59,090 bases of DNA, from the IMG/VR virus record IMGVR_UViG_3300046777_002911, positions 1 through 59,090 of that record. One strand, given 5' to 3'. The stretch is from a virus. Lineage: Duplodnaviria; Caudoviricetes. The notes under the pieces were generated by a model. The model did not search any database and was not told the DNA's origin. It worked only from the letters and a program-made list of their open reading frames with translations. Position numbers and translations under genes: made by a program. Below are positions 31,800 through 42,346 of the stretch, in pieces (the stretch's first letter is position 1; every line of letters starts with the position of its first letter).

Positions 31800-34700
31800 G
31801 TGGCTACACCAAGTATTACCTCTAATCAAATAGCTATAGATCCAATAAGTGGAGTATTCTACTTTAGGGATGATAATGGAGCATTGGTTAGCTCATCCCT
31901 AAACCTATTGCAAGATTCTAATACTCTTATTACAACAGATGATGATATTGAAGTATCTGGTAATTTAGTAGTTTCTGGTAATTTAACTGTAAACGGAACA
32001 ACCGTTACGGTTAGTGCTGAATCAGTTATTGTAGAAGATAAAAATATTGAATTAGCAAATATATCTTCCCCGTCTAACACAGCTGCAGATGGCGGTGGAA
32101 TTACCTTAAAAGGAACTACGGATAAAACCTTTAACTGGACAAACAGCACCGCATCATGGACTTCTTCTGAAAATATAGATTTAGCATCAGGTAAAGTTTT
32201 TAAAATAAACGGAACAGAAGTTCTGTCAGCAAACGCATACACTGGTTCGGCAGCAAAATGGACTAACGCTAGAGTTATTACTCTAGATGGAGATCTATCT
32301 GGAAATGTTTCTATAGATGGTTCTGCAAACGTTACTCTTACTGCAACAATAGTTGCAAACTCTGTTGCTTTAGGTACTGATACAACTGGAAATTATGTAG
32401 CCTCACTAGTTGCTGGAACTGGTATATCTTTATCTAATAATTCTGGAGAAACCGCTACCCCAACAATTACACTAAGTGCATCAATAGATGATTTAACTGA
32501 TGTAGTTATAAGTAACGCAGCTAATGGTGATTTCTTTAGATATAATGGATCAACTTGGATTAATGATGCAATTAATCTTTCTACAGATACTATAGGTGAT
32601 TACGTAGATCATTTGTCTGCTGGTACTGGCGTAACAATTACAAACAATTCTGGGGAAGCATCAGTTCCTACAATATCAATTGGTCAATCTGTTGCAACCA
32701 ATGCAAATGTAAGTTTTAATCAAGTTACTGCAAGTTTATTGGGTAATGTAACTGGTAACTTATCAGGCAATGTTACTGGAAACTTGTCTGGAAATGTTAC
32801 TGGTGATTTGTCTGGAAACAGTAATGGCGTTCATACTGGAAACGTAATAGGCACTGCAAGTAACGCATTAGTTTGGACAAACCAAAGAAAAATCACATTA
32901 GATGGTGATGTAACTGGAAATGTATTTATTGATGGTAGTGCTAACGTAACTATAACAACAACAATTGCTTCTAACTCGGTTTCCCTTGGCACTGATACAT
33001 CTGGAGATTATGTAGCAAATCTTGTATCTGGAACAGGGATAACCATTACCGATAATACTGGTGAAGGGATGACTCCTGTTGTAAAAATAGCAGATTCTTA
33101 TACTACAAATATGGTCTCCAATATATCCAATGCAGAATCAAATGCTGTAGTCTGGGCTAATACCGTTGCTGCAACCGCATATTCTAACGCCGTAACTTAT
33201 GTAAACAGTAGAACATTAGATGATATATCTGGCGTAACGCTCTCCAATGCTGTGACAAATGATGTTTTATTATACAATGGTTCCGCTTGGATAAATGATG
33301 ATTTAACTACCGCTAAATTGTCAGACATTGTAACTAATAATGTTTTAGAAGGTCAAGTTCTTTTATGGGATAGCGATTTAGGAAAATGGGTAAATAGCAT
33401 TTTACCAGAACAACCTCAAGGAACAACAGTTTCTGTTTCTAGGGGTGATGGTGTATCTACTGATTTTACAATTTTTCATGGATTTAATACTTCAGATGTT
33501 GTAGTAACAGTAAGAAGTAACATTACCAATGAAGTTGTACAAACAAGATGGAGCACAACAGATAGTTTAGGTGCCTATTCGGTTGACTATGTTACAGTAA
33601 ACTTTACCAATGCTCCCGTTGAAGATGAAATGCAAATTACTGTTTATGGGGCAATTCAAAGCACTGCAGTTGTTATCACTGGAAGATTGGATAATTTATC
33701 TGGCGATGTAATGCTAAGTTCACCAATAAGCGAAGAAGCTCTTGTTTATAATGGAACTAAATGGATAAATAGAAAACTTAATTTAACAACAGATATGGAT
33801 GATGTTGTTATTAGCGGCAATGCTACAGGTCAATTCTTAAAATTTGATGGAAATACTTGGATTAACTCATCTATTCCTACTATAAATAATTTAGATGATG
33901 TTGGCGATGTAAACGTTTCTTCAAAATCAGCAAATGATTTACTAAAATGGGATGGTAATACTTGGGTTGCGGTAACGCCGACTAAGTCAATTGTTGGATT
34001 AAGTGATGTTGATAACACTACAGACTTAAATAAACCAGTATCCAACGCAACGCAAACAGCTTTAGATCTTAAAGCTAATTTAGCAAATCCAACTTTTACT
34101 GGAAACGTTCAACTACCTGCTACAACGACAATAGGAAATGTAAGCAACGTAGAAATTAATTACTTAGATGGTGTAACTAGTTCAATTCAAACACAACTTA
34201 ACGCAAAAGCCGCCTCTTCAAGTTCTCCAACAATAACTTTAAATGGTGATTTAACTGGTAGTGCAACACTTACAAATCTAGGTAATGCAACACTTACTGC
34301 TACCATTGCTGCAAACTCAGTTGCATTGGGTACAGATACAACTGGTGACTATGTTTCCTCACTTGTTGCAGGCACTGGAATAACATTAACTAATAATTCT
34401 GGAGAAGGTTCAACTCCTACAGTTTCTGTAAATACTTCAGTTATTGCAACTAAAGATTATGTTGATAGTTTTTCTTCTGGAGTTAACTGGCATACTGCAG
34501 TTAAAGCTGCTACAGTTGGTAATCTTGCTGGTAATTATGATAATGGAACAAATGGTGTTGGGGCAACTTTAACAAAAGCTACAGCTGGCGCAATAGGGAC
34601 AATTGATGGCGCTTCAGTAGTTGCTGAAGATAGAATTTTACTTAAAGCACAATCCGACGCTAAACAAAATGGTATTTATAGAATCGTAACTGCTGGAAAC

Positions 34701-35963
34701 GGAACTGTAGCTTGGCAAATAATGAGAGCAACAGACTTTGACGGATCAGTTGGAGTAGGAACAGTAATTCCAGGAGATGCGGTATTTGTTACAGCAGGAA
34801 GTACAAACGCAAATCAAGGTTTTATACAAACAACTTATGGAACTGGAACAAACAGTGCAATTGTTATTAATACTGATGAAATAACATTTAGTCAATTTAC
34901 TGGAACCGCAACACTAACTGCTGGTAATGGACTAAGCATTACTGGTAATCAATTAGACGTAGGAACCGCATCAACTTCAAGAATTGTTATTAACTCAGAC
35001 ACGATAGATCTTGCTACAACTGGTGTATCAGCTAATACATATAAGTCAGTTACGGTAGATACTTATGGTAGAGTTACCGCAGGAACTAATCCAACAACAC
35101 TATCGGGTTATGGAATAACAGACGCTATTAATACATCATTAACTTCTGGATATATTTATGTTGGTAATTCTGGAGGGATAGCAACACAGACAGCTATTTC
35201 TGGTGATGTAACCATTTCTAACACTGGCAATGTTCAAATAGCCTCAAACACTATAGTTAATGCAGACATTAATTCCGCAGCAGCTATAGACCTTTCTAAG
35301 TTGGCATCTGGTACTTCGGCTCAAATAGTATTAGCTAATGCTTCAGGGGTTCCAACTTATACTACAGTTTCTGGTGATATAACAATTACGAATACTGGCA
35401 ACGCACAAATAGCTTCAAATACTATCGTTAATGCAGACATTAATTCATCTGCTGCCATAGCTTATTCTAAACTGAGTTTGTCTAACTCTATAGTTAATGC
35501 AGATATTAGTACTACTGCAGCAATTGCTTATTCAAAACTTTCACTAAGCAATTCTTTAGTAAATGCAGATATTAATTCAGCAGCTGCAATAGATTATTCT
35601 AAATTAAATTTATCAAATAATATTACTACAACTGACCTACAGTCAGGTGCCGCAAGAGCAGGATTTAATTCAACTTTAAGAACAGTTACCTCAAGCAATA
35701 CTTTGGTCTCTACAGACCTTGCTAAATTAATAGTAGCAAACAGCTCCTCGGATATGACCATAACTATTTCTACTTCTGCTACATTTAATGATGGAGATAG
35801 AATAGATCTTTTAAGAGCTGGAACTGGAGAGGTTACAATAGCTGGATCTGGAATAACAGTAAATGGCACTCCAGGGTATCGTTTGCGTGCGCAATGGTCA
35901 TCTGCTACACTTATAAGATTAAATTCAACTACCTGGGTGGCAGTTGGCGATCTAAAGCAGTAG
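31800..35963 (+). CDS. long tail fibre-like protein, 1387 aa
   Basis: Thr/Gly/Asn-rich; repeated VALGTDTTG, L.DV...L.Y.G..W.N and IVNADINSAAAI..SKL modules. Confidence 0.8.
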   Translation: MATPSITSNQIAIDPISGVFYFRDDNGALVSSSLNLLQDSNTLITTDDDIEVSGNLVVSGNLTVNGTTVTVSAESVIVEDKNIELANISSPSNTAADGGGITLKGTTDKTFNWTNSTASWTSSENIDLASGKVFKINGTEVLSANAYTGSAAKWTNARVITLDGDLSGNVSIDGSANVTLTATIVANSVALGTDTTGNYVASLVAGTGISLSNNSGETATPTITLSASIDDLTDVVISNAANGDFFRYNGSTWINDAINLSTDTIGDYVDHLSAGTGVTITNNSGEASVPTISIGQSVATNANVSFNQVTASLLGNVTGNLSGNVTGNLSGNVTGDLSGNSNGVHTGNVIGTASNALVWTNQRKITLDGDVTGNVFIDGSANVTITTTIASNSVSLGTDTSGDYVANLVSGTGITITDNTGEGMTPVVKIADSYTTNMVSNISNAESNAVVWANTVAATAYSNAVTYVNSRTLDDISGVTLSNAVTNDVLLYNGSAWINDDLTTAKLSDIVTNNVLEGQVLLWDSDLGKWVNSILPEQPQGTTVSVSRGDGVSTDFTIFHGFNTSDVVVTVRSNITNEVVQTRWSTTDSLGAYSVDYVTVNFTNAPVEDEMQITVYGAIQSTAVVITGRLDNLSGDVMLSSPISEEALVYNGTKWINRKLNLTTDMDDVVISGNATGQFLKFDGNTWINSSIPTINNLDDVGDVNVSSKSANDLLKWDGNTWVAVTPTKSIVGLSDVDNTTDLNKPVSNATQTALDLKANLANPTFTGNVQLPATTTIGNVSNVEINYLDGVTSSIQTQLNAKAASSSSPTITLNGDLTGSATLTNLGNATLTATIAANSVALGTDTTGDYVSSLVAGTGITLTNNSGEGSTPTVSVNTSVIATKDYVDSFSSGVNWHTAVKAATVGNLAGNYDNGTNGVGATLTKATAGAIGTIDGASVVAEDRILLKAQSDAKQNGIYRIVTAGNGTVAWQIMRATDFDGSVGVGTVIPGDAVFVTAGSTNANQGFIQTTYGTGTNSAIVINTDEITFSQFTGTATLTAGNGLSITGNQLDVGTASTSRIVINSDTIDLATTGVSANTYKSVTVDTYGRVTAGTNPTTLSGYGITDAINTSLTSGYIYVGNSGGIATQTAISGDVTISNTGNVQIASNTIVNADINSAAAIDLSKLASGTSAQIVLANASGVPTYTTVSGDITITNTGNAQIASNTIVNADINSSAAIAYSKLSLSNSIVNADISTTAAIAYSKLSLSNSLVNADINSAAAIDYSKLNLSNNITTTDLQSGAARAGFNSTLRTVTSSNTLVSTDLAKLIVANSSSDMTITISTSATFNDGDRIDLLRAGTGEVTIAGSGITVNGTPGYRLRAQWSSATLIRLNSTTWVAVGDLKQ

Positions 35964-35973
35964 GTTTAATTTT

Positions 35974-36626
35974 ATGACAATTCCAGCAGGCAGTGCGGGT
36001 CGGGGCCAGAAAAAACAATAAACCAGCAATATCTTCTCGGTACAACAAAATCAAACGCAAATACAACTATAACCAATGCTGGATTTGCGGTGGGAACTGT
36101 ATCAACAACAAGTACTGATGATCCAACTTTAGAAGATAAATTAACAACATCACTTACTGATACTAGTATAACTTTGTTGGGTACAACAATAAACTACACA
36201 ATATATAGTCCGTTCTTCCCACCATATTTCCCACCTTATTTTCCACCATCATTCTGCTCGTGTATTTCAGGGTGTGACGCTAGTAATATTACTTCTGTTG
36301 GCGTAAGACAGTATGGTCAATATTCCTATCTAGATCCAGCTGGTTATGGTTGGACTTGTGATGGAACAATGAGCTATGAATACTATACATGCGGATGCGG
36401 TGCTGGAGCATGTCCAGCAGAAGGTGGTTATAACGGAGCATATAGAGATGGTGTTTGCGGGTATACTGCGCCTGCACCCGTAGTGCCTCCAGTATCACCA
36501 GTATCTCCTGTGTCGCCTGTATCTCCTGTTACACCACCAGTTTCGCCAGCTGGAGCTTGTGATGCCTGCGGCGGTGGTGCTGGCTCAGGATGTATTACAG
36601 TTAAAGGCGAAACAGGATGCCTATAG
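35974..36626 (+). CDS. PASTA-like + (F/Y)FPP repeat + Cys/Gly-rich protein, about 216 aa, joined across two +1 shifts (CGGG 36001, CGGT 36038)
   Basis: the join reads MTIPAGSAG-G-ARKNNKPAISS-G-TTKSNANTTITNAGFAVGTV; aligns with paralogue 45573..46005. Confidence 0.75.
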
Positions 36627-36674
36627 AGTTTTTCTATGCTATAATAAACTAAAAGAGGAGTAAAAGTTTTAATC

Positions 36675-37154
36675 ATGAGTAATCAAAATTCATCTTGGGA
36701 AAATGTAACTCCAAGCTATGAGCAAACTGAAGAAAATTTTTTTCAAGAATGGGCTTTTTTTGAGCAAAAGTTTGGTGAGTTTGGCGAACCTGGATTTAGT
36801 GAGCAAACATTACCAGCAAGATTTCCAGGAATATTTGGTCATAATGATAGTGTTGATGTAAGATTTACTCTATATCGAGGAGAAGATGGACAGCTTCTTT
36901 TTGTTCATGGCTGCTATATTGACGTTAACGACAATAACTTACAAAAACCATTTGTATGGAATGCACATCCTGATTATCAACGACAGGGTATTGGGACAAT
37001 GGTAGCTAACTATATTAAATCAAGATATGAACAAGAAAACGGCACTGAGTTTACTTATAGCGAAAGCTTAAGTGGCACAAAGTATAATGCAGCAGGCGCA
37101 AATTTTGCAAATAAGTTCGTTAACAACGCATATAGCGAAAAAAATAATATATAA
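36675..37154 (+). CDS. GNAT-family acetyltransferase-like protein
   Basis: HPDYQRQGIGT acetyl-CoA binding motif A. Confidence 0.75.
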   Translation: MSNQNSSWENVTPSYEQTEENFFQEWAFFEQKFGEFGEPGFSEQTLPARFPGIFGHNDSVDVRFTLYRGEDGQLLFVHGCYIDVNDNNLQKPFVWNAHPDYQRQGIGTMVANYIKSRYEQENGTEFTYSESLSGTKYNAAGANFANKFVNNAYSEKNNI

Positions 37155-37165
37155 TATATCTCTAT

Positions 37166-37405
37166 ATGGATAAACCGCTTACTGCTTGGCAAGAGTATAA
37201 AAAGAAATTAGGCCAAACACGTCCTTGGGATGCGATAAACCCCCATGCTCCACACGTACCTGATGATGAAGCTCAATCTAGATATGATATTTGTTTGGAT
37301 TGCGACAGACTGCTTCCCGTAACTCATCAATGTAAAGAATGTGGTTGTTTTATGAAATTAAAAGTAAAGTTAAAATTTGCATCATGCCCACTAGGTAAAT
37401 GGTAG
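37166..37405 (+). CDS. small Cys-rich protein (DUF6171-like)
   Basis: RYDICLDC...QCKECGCFM..K......CPLGKW. Confidence 0.7.
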   Translation: MDKPLTAWQEYKKKLGQTRPWDAINPHAPHVPDDEAQSRYDICLDCDRLLPVTHQCKECGCFMKLKVKLKFASCPLGKW

Positions 37406-38776
37406 TGATAACCAAAGAGTTAATGTTTGAATTGCCAGATGTTTTATCTGAGCCAAAAGTTATTAAGAATTTTTTTACCAATGAGATGTTGCAGCGTATA
37501 AAACAAGCTGTTAGTAACACTGGTATGGGAACAGACGCTTTACAATTTCATACAATGCTTGCAAGATGGGAAGCATCAATATCTTTTGATGAAGATATAG
37601 AACAATATTGTTTAATTAAAGCTAGAGAAATATTTAAAGATAATACCTTGCAAAAAGCTTATTTTTATGCGGTTCGTTATCAATTTAAAGATGGATGCGT
37701 TCCGCACCTTTGGGAACACACTGATCAAAATCGGCACACAAACAACAATTGATATAACAATAGAAAATACTGCTAATTGGGGTTTGATAGTTGAGGAACA
37801 ATATTTTGATCAAAATCCAAACGATGCGATTATTTTTTGCGGTCAACAACACATACACTCAAGACCACCATATCCAACTACAGATCCTAAAAAATATACA
37901 ACAGTTTTATTTTTGCACTTCACCCAACCTGATCATTGGATTCAAAAAGAGCCTGGAGCCTTTCATAAATATGGAGTTGATGGTGATGTAAGATTCTTTA
38001 ATCGTAATAGATTTTTTGCACTACCAGATAGTCCAGTTGAACAACCAATATGTTCGTGTCACGATTATGGCAGAACATTAAATTTATATAATGAAATTGT
38101 TGGATACGCACACGATCAAGAAACAGAATTATCAGAAATTAAAGTACAATTTAAACAAGAATTAGCACCAGGTATAATGCTGTACAAAACTAATAAAGAC
38201 TCTGCTCGTATAATCAAAGGTTTGATACACAATGCTATGTTTAAACAGTGGAAACCAGCCGAAGTTTTGATAGACGGAAAACCCACAGTGCAACACGACG
38301 CTAGAAATTGCTATAATTATTTTTTAGATTATAGACAAAACGATTGTCATCCACAAGATCCAATTGTTAGGGCTAAAAAATCTTTAGAATTAGGAATAAA
38401 TAATATTATTGAAGATTTTAGAACACGCTACAGTATAACCCCTTTAATATCTCATCATACGGTTCTTTTAAGATATGAACCTGGTAATATGTTTCATAAC
38501 CACTATGACGCGGCAAGAACTTATCCTAGGGTGGTATCGGTATCAATGTTTTTAAATGATAATTTTGATGGTGGGGAATTAGAATTTAAAGAATTTAATC
38601 TTAAGATAAAGCCCGAGGCTGGAGACGTAATTGTGTTCAGTTCTGCATTTCCATACATGCATCAGGTCCATCCAGTTATTAGAGGAATCCGATATGCTGT
38701 AGTAAAATGGTACGAATTTGATGGACAAAAATTAATTCCAAATCAAAATTATTCAGATAACATAGACTTTAAATAG
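37399..38776 (+). CDS. tandem two-domain 2OG-Fe(II) oxygenase, about 458 aa, joined across a +1 shift at CGGC 37732
   Basis: domain 1 HTDQN-G-TQTTIDI...HSR spans the shift; domain 2 HYD...FLNDNFDGGEL...HQV...RY. Confidence 0.82.
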
Positions 38777-38829
38777 GGGTTTAAAGATAAATTATATATT
38801 ACTATATTTATATATTTTAAAGGATTAAA

Positions 38830-41425
38830 ATGGCCAATACAATCACCCTTAAAAAATCAGCAACGCCCTCACAGGCTCCTTCAACTCTGGCTGACGGCGA
38901 AATTGCCATTAACTACGCTGACGGTAAACTTTTTTACAAAAATGCATCAAATTCAATAATACGGTGCCGCACTAATATCTTCTATCTCAGGAACCGCTAA
39001 TCAAGTAACCGTAACTGCAAATGTTACAACAGGGGCTTACACTCTTTCTCTCCCTTCTACAGTCAATGTAGGTAATATACAAACCACTACACTGACTGTA
39101 GATTCTATAGAAATAGACCCAACAGGCGCTTCATTAAATCAAGTTCTTAAATTTAATGGAACTAAATTTGTTCCAGCATCTGATGAAACAGGAGCTCAAG
39201 GTGTTTCCTATGAGGAAACTATAGGAGATGGCACTCACGCACTATTTGTTGTTACTCATAATCTTGGGACTAAAGATATAAATGTAATAGTTAGAGAAAG
39301 TGTAAATCCATATGATGTTGTAGATGTACGTTGGGAAGCTACAACTATAAATACTGTTACAATTGATTTTGAATCAATACCAAATGCTAATTCTAAACGA
39401 GTAGCAGTTAAGGGTCCAGGAACAAAAGATTTTTATTCTACCGTAATAGGTGATGGATCAAACTCTACAATAGTATTAAATCATAATTTGGGATCTAGAA
39501 ATGTAGTCCCAGTTGTAAGAAGTGTTGATTCTCCATTTGAAGTAGTTGAAGTGTTAAGTTATGCAACAAGTTTAAATTCAGTAACTCTTGATTTTTCAAC
39601 CGCGCCAGACGCTACATCATTGTTGGCTTCTGTTTATCTTTTAGATTTAGATAATTCATATACTGAAACTATTGGAGATGGAACCAATAATGAATTTACA
39701 ATTACCCATAATTTAAACACTAGAGATATAGGAGTTACTTGTAGATCAGTAGCAAGTCCATATGATTTCATTTCAGTAAGATGGGAAGCAACAACTCTTA
39801 ATACGGCTAAAGTTATATTTTCTTCTCCGCCAACCGCAGACTCTAGAAAAATTGGCATATACACAGGGTTGGGTGGAGCCAAAGACTTTAACGATGAAAT
39901 AACGCTAGATATGCTGGATGATGTTACGGTAACATCTGCATCAAATGGTCAGTTTTTAAGCTGGAATGGAACAAATTGGGTAAACTCTACAGCCCCAGGA
40001 GGCGCGGGAATAAGTTCGCTTGATGATATCCCAGGTGTAGTTATTACCTCAGTTGAAGAGTTCCAAGGTCTTTCATACGATGGAACAAATTGGGTGAATG
40101 GTCACATACCACTTGTTTCTTATGTTAGAAATGCAGAAGCAAACACCATTACAACTGGTACTTGCGTATATTTATATTCTGCAACGGGAGACCATGCAAC
40201 AGTAAAACGAGCAGATAACGCATCAGACACAACTTCATCCAAAACAATTGGTGTCGTTGGTGCAAATATTGCAGCTTCAGAAAATGGTCCAATTATTACT
40301 CGTGGATATGTTGATGGAATTGATTTAAGTGCCGGTTATACTGCTGGTGATGTTTTGTGGTTGGGAGAAAATGGAGCGTTTACAACAACAAAACCTACTG
40401 CCCCAGATCATTTGGTGTTTATTGGTGTTGTTGTCCGTGCAACAAATAACGGTATTATTTATGTAGCTACTCAAAATGGTTATGAATTAGATGAATTACA
40501 CGACGTTTCTATTGTTGATAAAACTTCTGGTGATTTCCTTAAATACAACGGTACACTGTGGGTTAACGATCAAATTAACTTAGGCACAGACACTGTTGGA
40601 AATTATGTGCAGTCACTTGTTGCTGGAACTGGAATAACTCTTTCTAATAATTCTGGTGAGGGCGCAACTCCCACAATTACTGTTGACACTTCCGTAATAC
40701 AGGCACGTGTTGCTAATATTTCAGACACAGAAATAGGTTATCTTGACGGCGTAACCTCTGCTATTCAAACCCAGTTAAATAACAAAGCAAACTCAAATAC
40801 TTCACCAGTCATAACCCTTTCGGGAGATCTTAGCGGATCTGCAACTTTAACAAACTTAGGTAATACAACGCTAAATGCAACAATTGTGGCAAACTCAGTT
40901 GCCCTTGGTACGGACACAACTGGCAATTATATGTCAGATATATCAGCAGGGACTGGGATTGCCATTTCACATACTCCAGGTGAAGGTTCTACCGCTACTG
41001 TCTCAATAGAATCCACCGCATGGACATCATACACTCCAACGATTACTGCTGATGGCGGAGGTTTTGCATTAAACAATGGAACGCTTACTGGTCGCTATAA
41101 GCAAGTAGGTAAAACAGTATTCTTTAAATTAAAGTTCGTCTTTGGTTCAACAACAGCTGCAGGTACTGGTCACTGGAATTTCAGCCTGCCAGTAACTGCG
41201 TATGATGCCAACTTTACATTCTCAGCGGCAATTCTTGATAATGCAAACGCATGGTATGGCGGAATTGGCAATGGTAACTACACAGGCTCAACATCAAGTT
41301 TTGCAGTAATCATTCCTGGCACCAGTGCAGCAGTTACAACATGGGCATCTGTTGGCAATGGTGGCCCATTTATTTGGGGCAGTGAAGACAACATCACAAT
41401 TACAGGAAGCTACGAAGCAGCATAA
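38830..41425 (+). CDS. tail fibre-like protein, about 864 aa, joined across a +1 shift at CGGT 38962
   Basis: MANTITLKKS...LADGEIAINYADGKLFYK N-terminus; the +1 frame is open for 175 codons before the track start; IGDG...THNL.T.D repeats. Confidence 0.8.
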
Positions 41426-41445
41426 TACTTCTTGCAATTGATAAC

Positions 41446-41474
41446 TTGACAACTAACAATAAATATACTAACAT
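41446..41474 (+). promoter_or_regulatory. sigma70-type promoter, probably giving a leaderless mRNA
   Basis: TTGACA-17 nt-TAACAT, with ATG 6 nt further downstream. Confidence 0.65.
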
Positions 41475-41480
41475 TTAAAG

Positions 41481-42287
41481 ATGCCCGTAGAAGAACAACC
41501 AATTAATATTACGATTTCTAAAGAACAACTTGAAAGCTGGCACATTTTCTTTGCCCTTCCATGTTACGATTCTCATGTAACTGAACCATTTATGATGAGC
41601 TTTTTACAAACAGCTCTTTATTTTAAAGAAATTGGTTTAAAGTATTCGGTATGTACAATATCTGATTCGTTAATTAATCGCGCAAGAAACAATCTCGTTG
41701 CTAAGTTTATGGGAAATCCAGAGTATACTCATTTGGTATTTATTGATGTTGACTTACAGTTTGATAAAGAAGCAATTTTAAAAATGCTATGGCACGACAA
41801 AGACGTAATGACGGCATCTTACCCAATTAAAGAAATTAGCTGGGATAGAGTAAAAGAAGGCGCACAAGCAGACCTTCCAGCTAATGATTTAATGGAATAT
41901 TCCACTAGATATGTTGTTCATATGACTAAACCAGGAGAAAATCAATTAAATATTGATAATGGTGCGATTGAATGTTATGAAGCTGGAACTGGTTTTATGT
42001 TAATAAAACGTCAAGTTTTTGATAAAATGTTTAAGAAATATAAAAAACTAAAATATAATGATGACACGGGCGCTCTTTCTGGGGCAGAAAGAGACAATTC
42101 ATATGCGTTGTTTAACTCATATGTAGACGATGATGGAAGATTTTTATCTGAAGATTATGGTTTCTGTAGATATTGGCAGAAGATGGCTGGTAAAATTTGG
42201 GTTGATCCAACTATTAATTTAACACACTTTGGCCGTATAAAGTATACTGGCAAGATGCTTGAGTATTTAAAGAGAATAACCCAATAA
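41481..42287 (+). CDS. glycosyltransferase-like protein (GT-A fold)
   Basis: SLINRARN, FIDVD DxD motif, AGTGFMLIKR, LSEDYGFC, H.G. Confidence 0.8.
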   Translation: MPVEEQPINITISKEQLESWHIFFALPCYDSHVTEPFMMSFLQTALYFKEIGLKYSVCTISDSLINRARNNLVAKFMGNPEYTHLVFIDVDLQFDKEAILKMLWHDKDVMTASYPIKEISWDRVKEGAQADLPANDLMEYSTRYVVHMTKPGENQLNIDNGAIECYEAGTGFMLIKRQVFDKMFKKYKKLKYNDDTGALSGAERDNSYALFNSYVDDDGRFLSEDYGFCRYWQKMAGKIWVDPTINLTHFGRIKYTGKMLEYLKRITQ

Positions 42288-42346
42288 TTTTATAGTTTGC
42301 CTATTACTATATTCCTAGTTGTTTAAAGTCTCACACTAGGAGAGAT

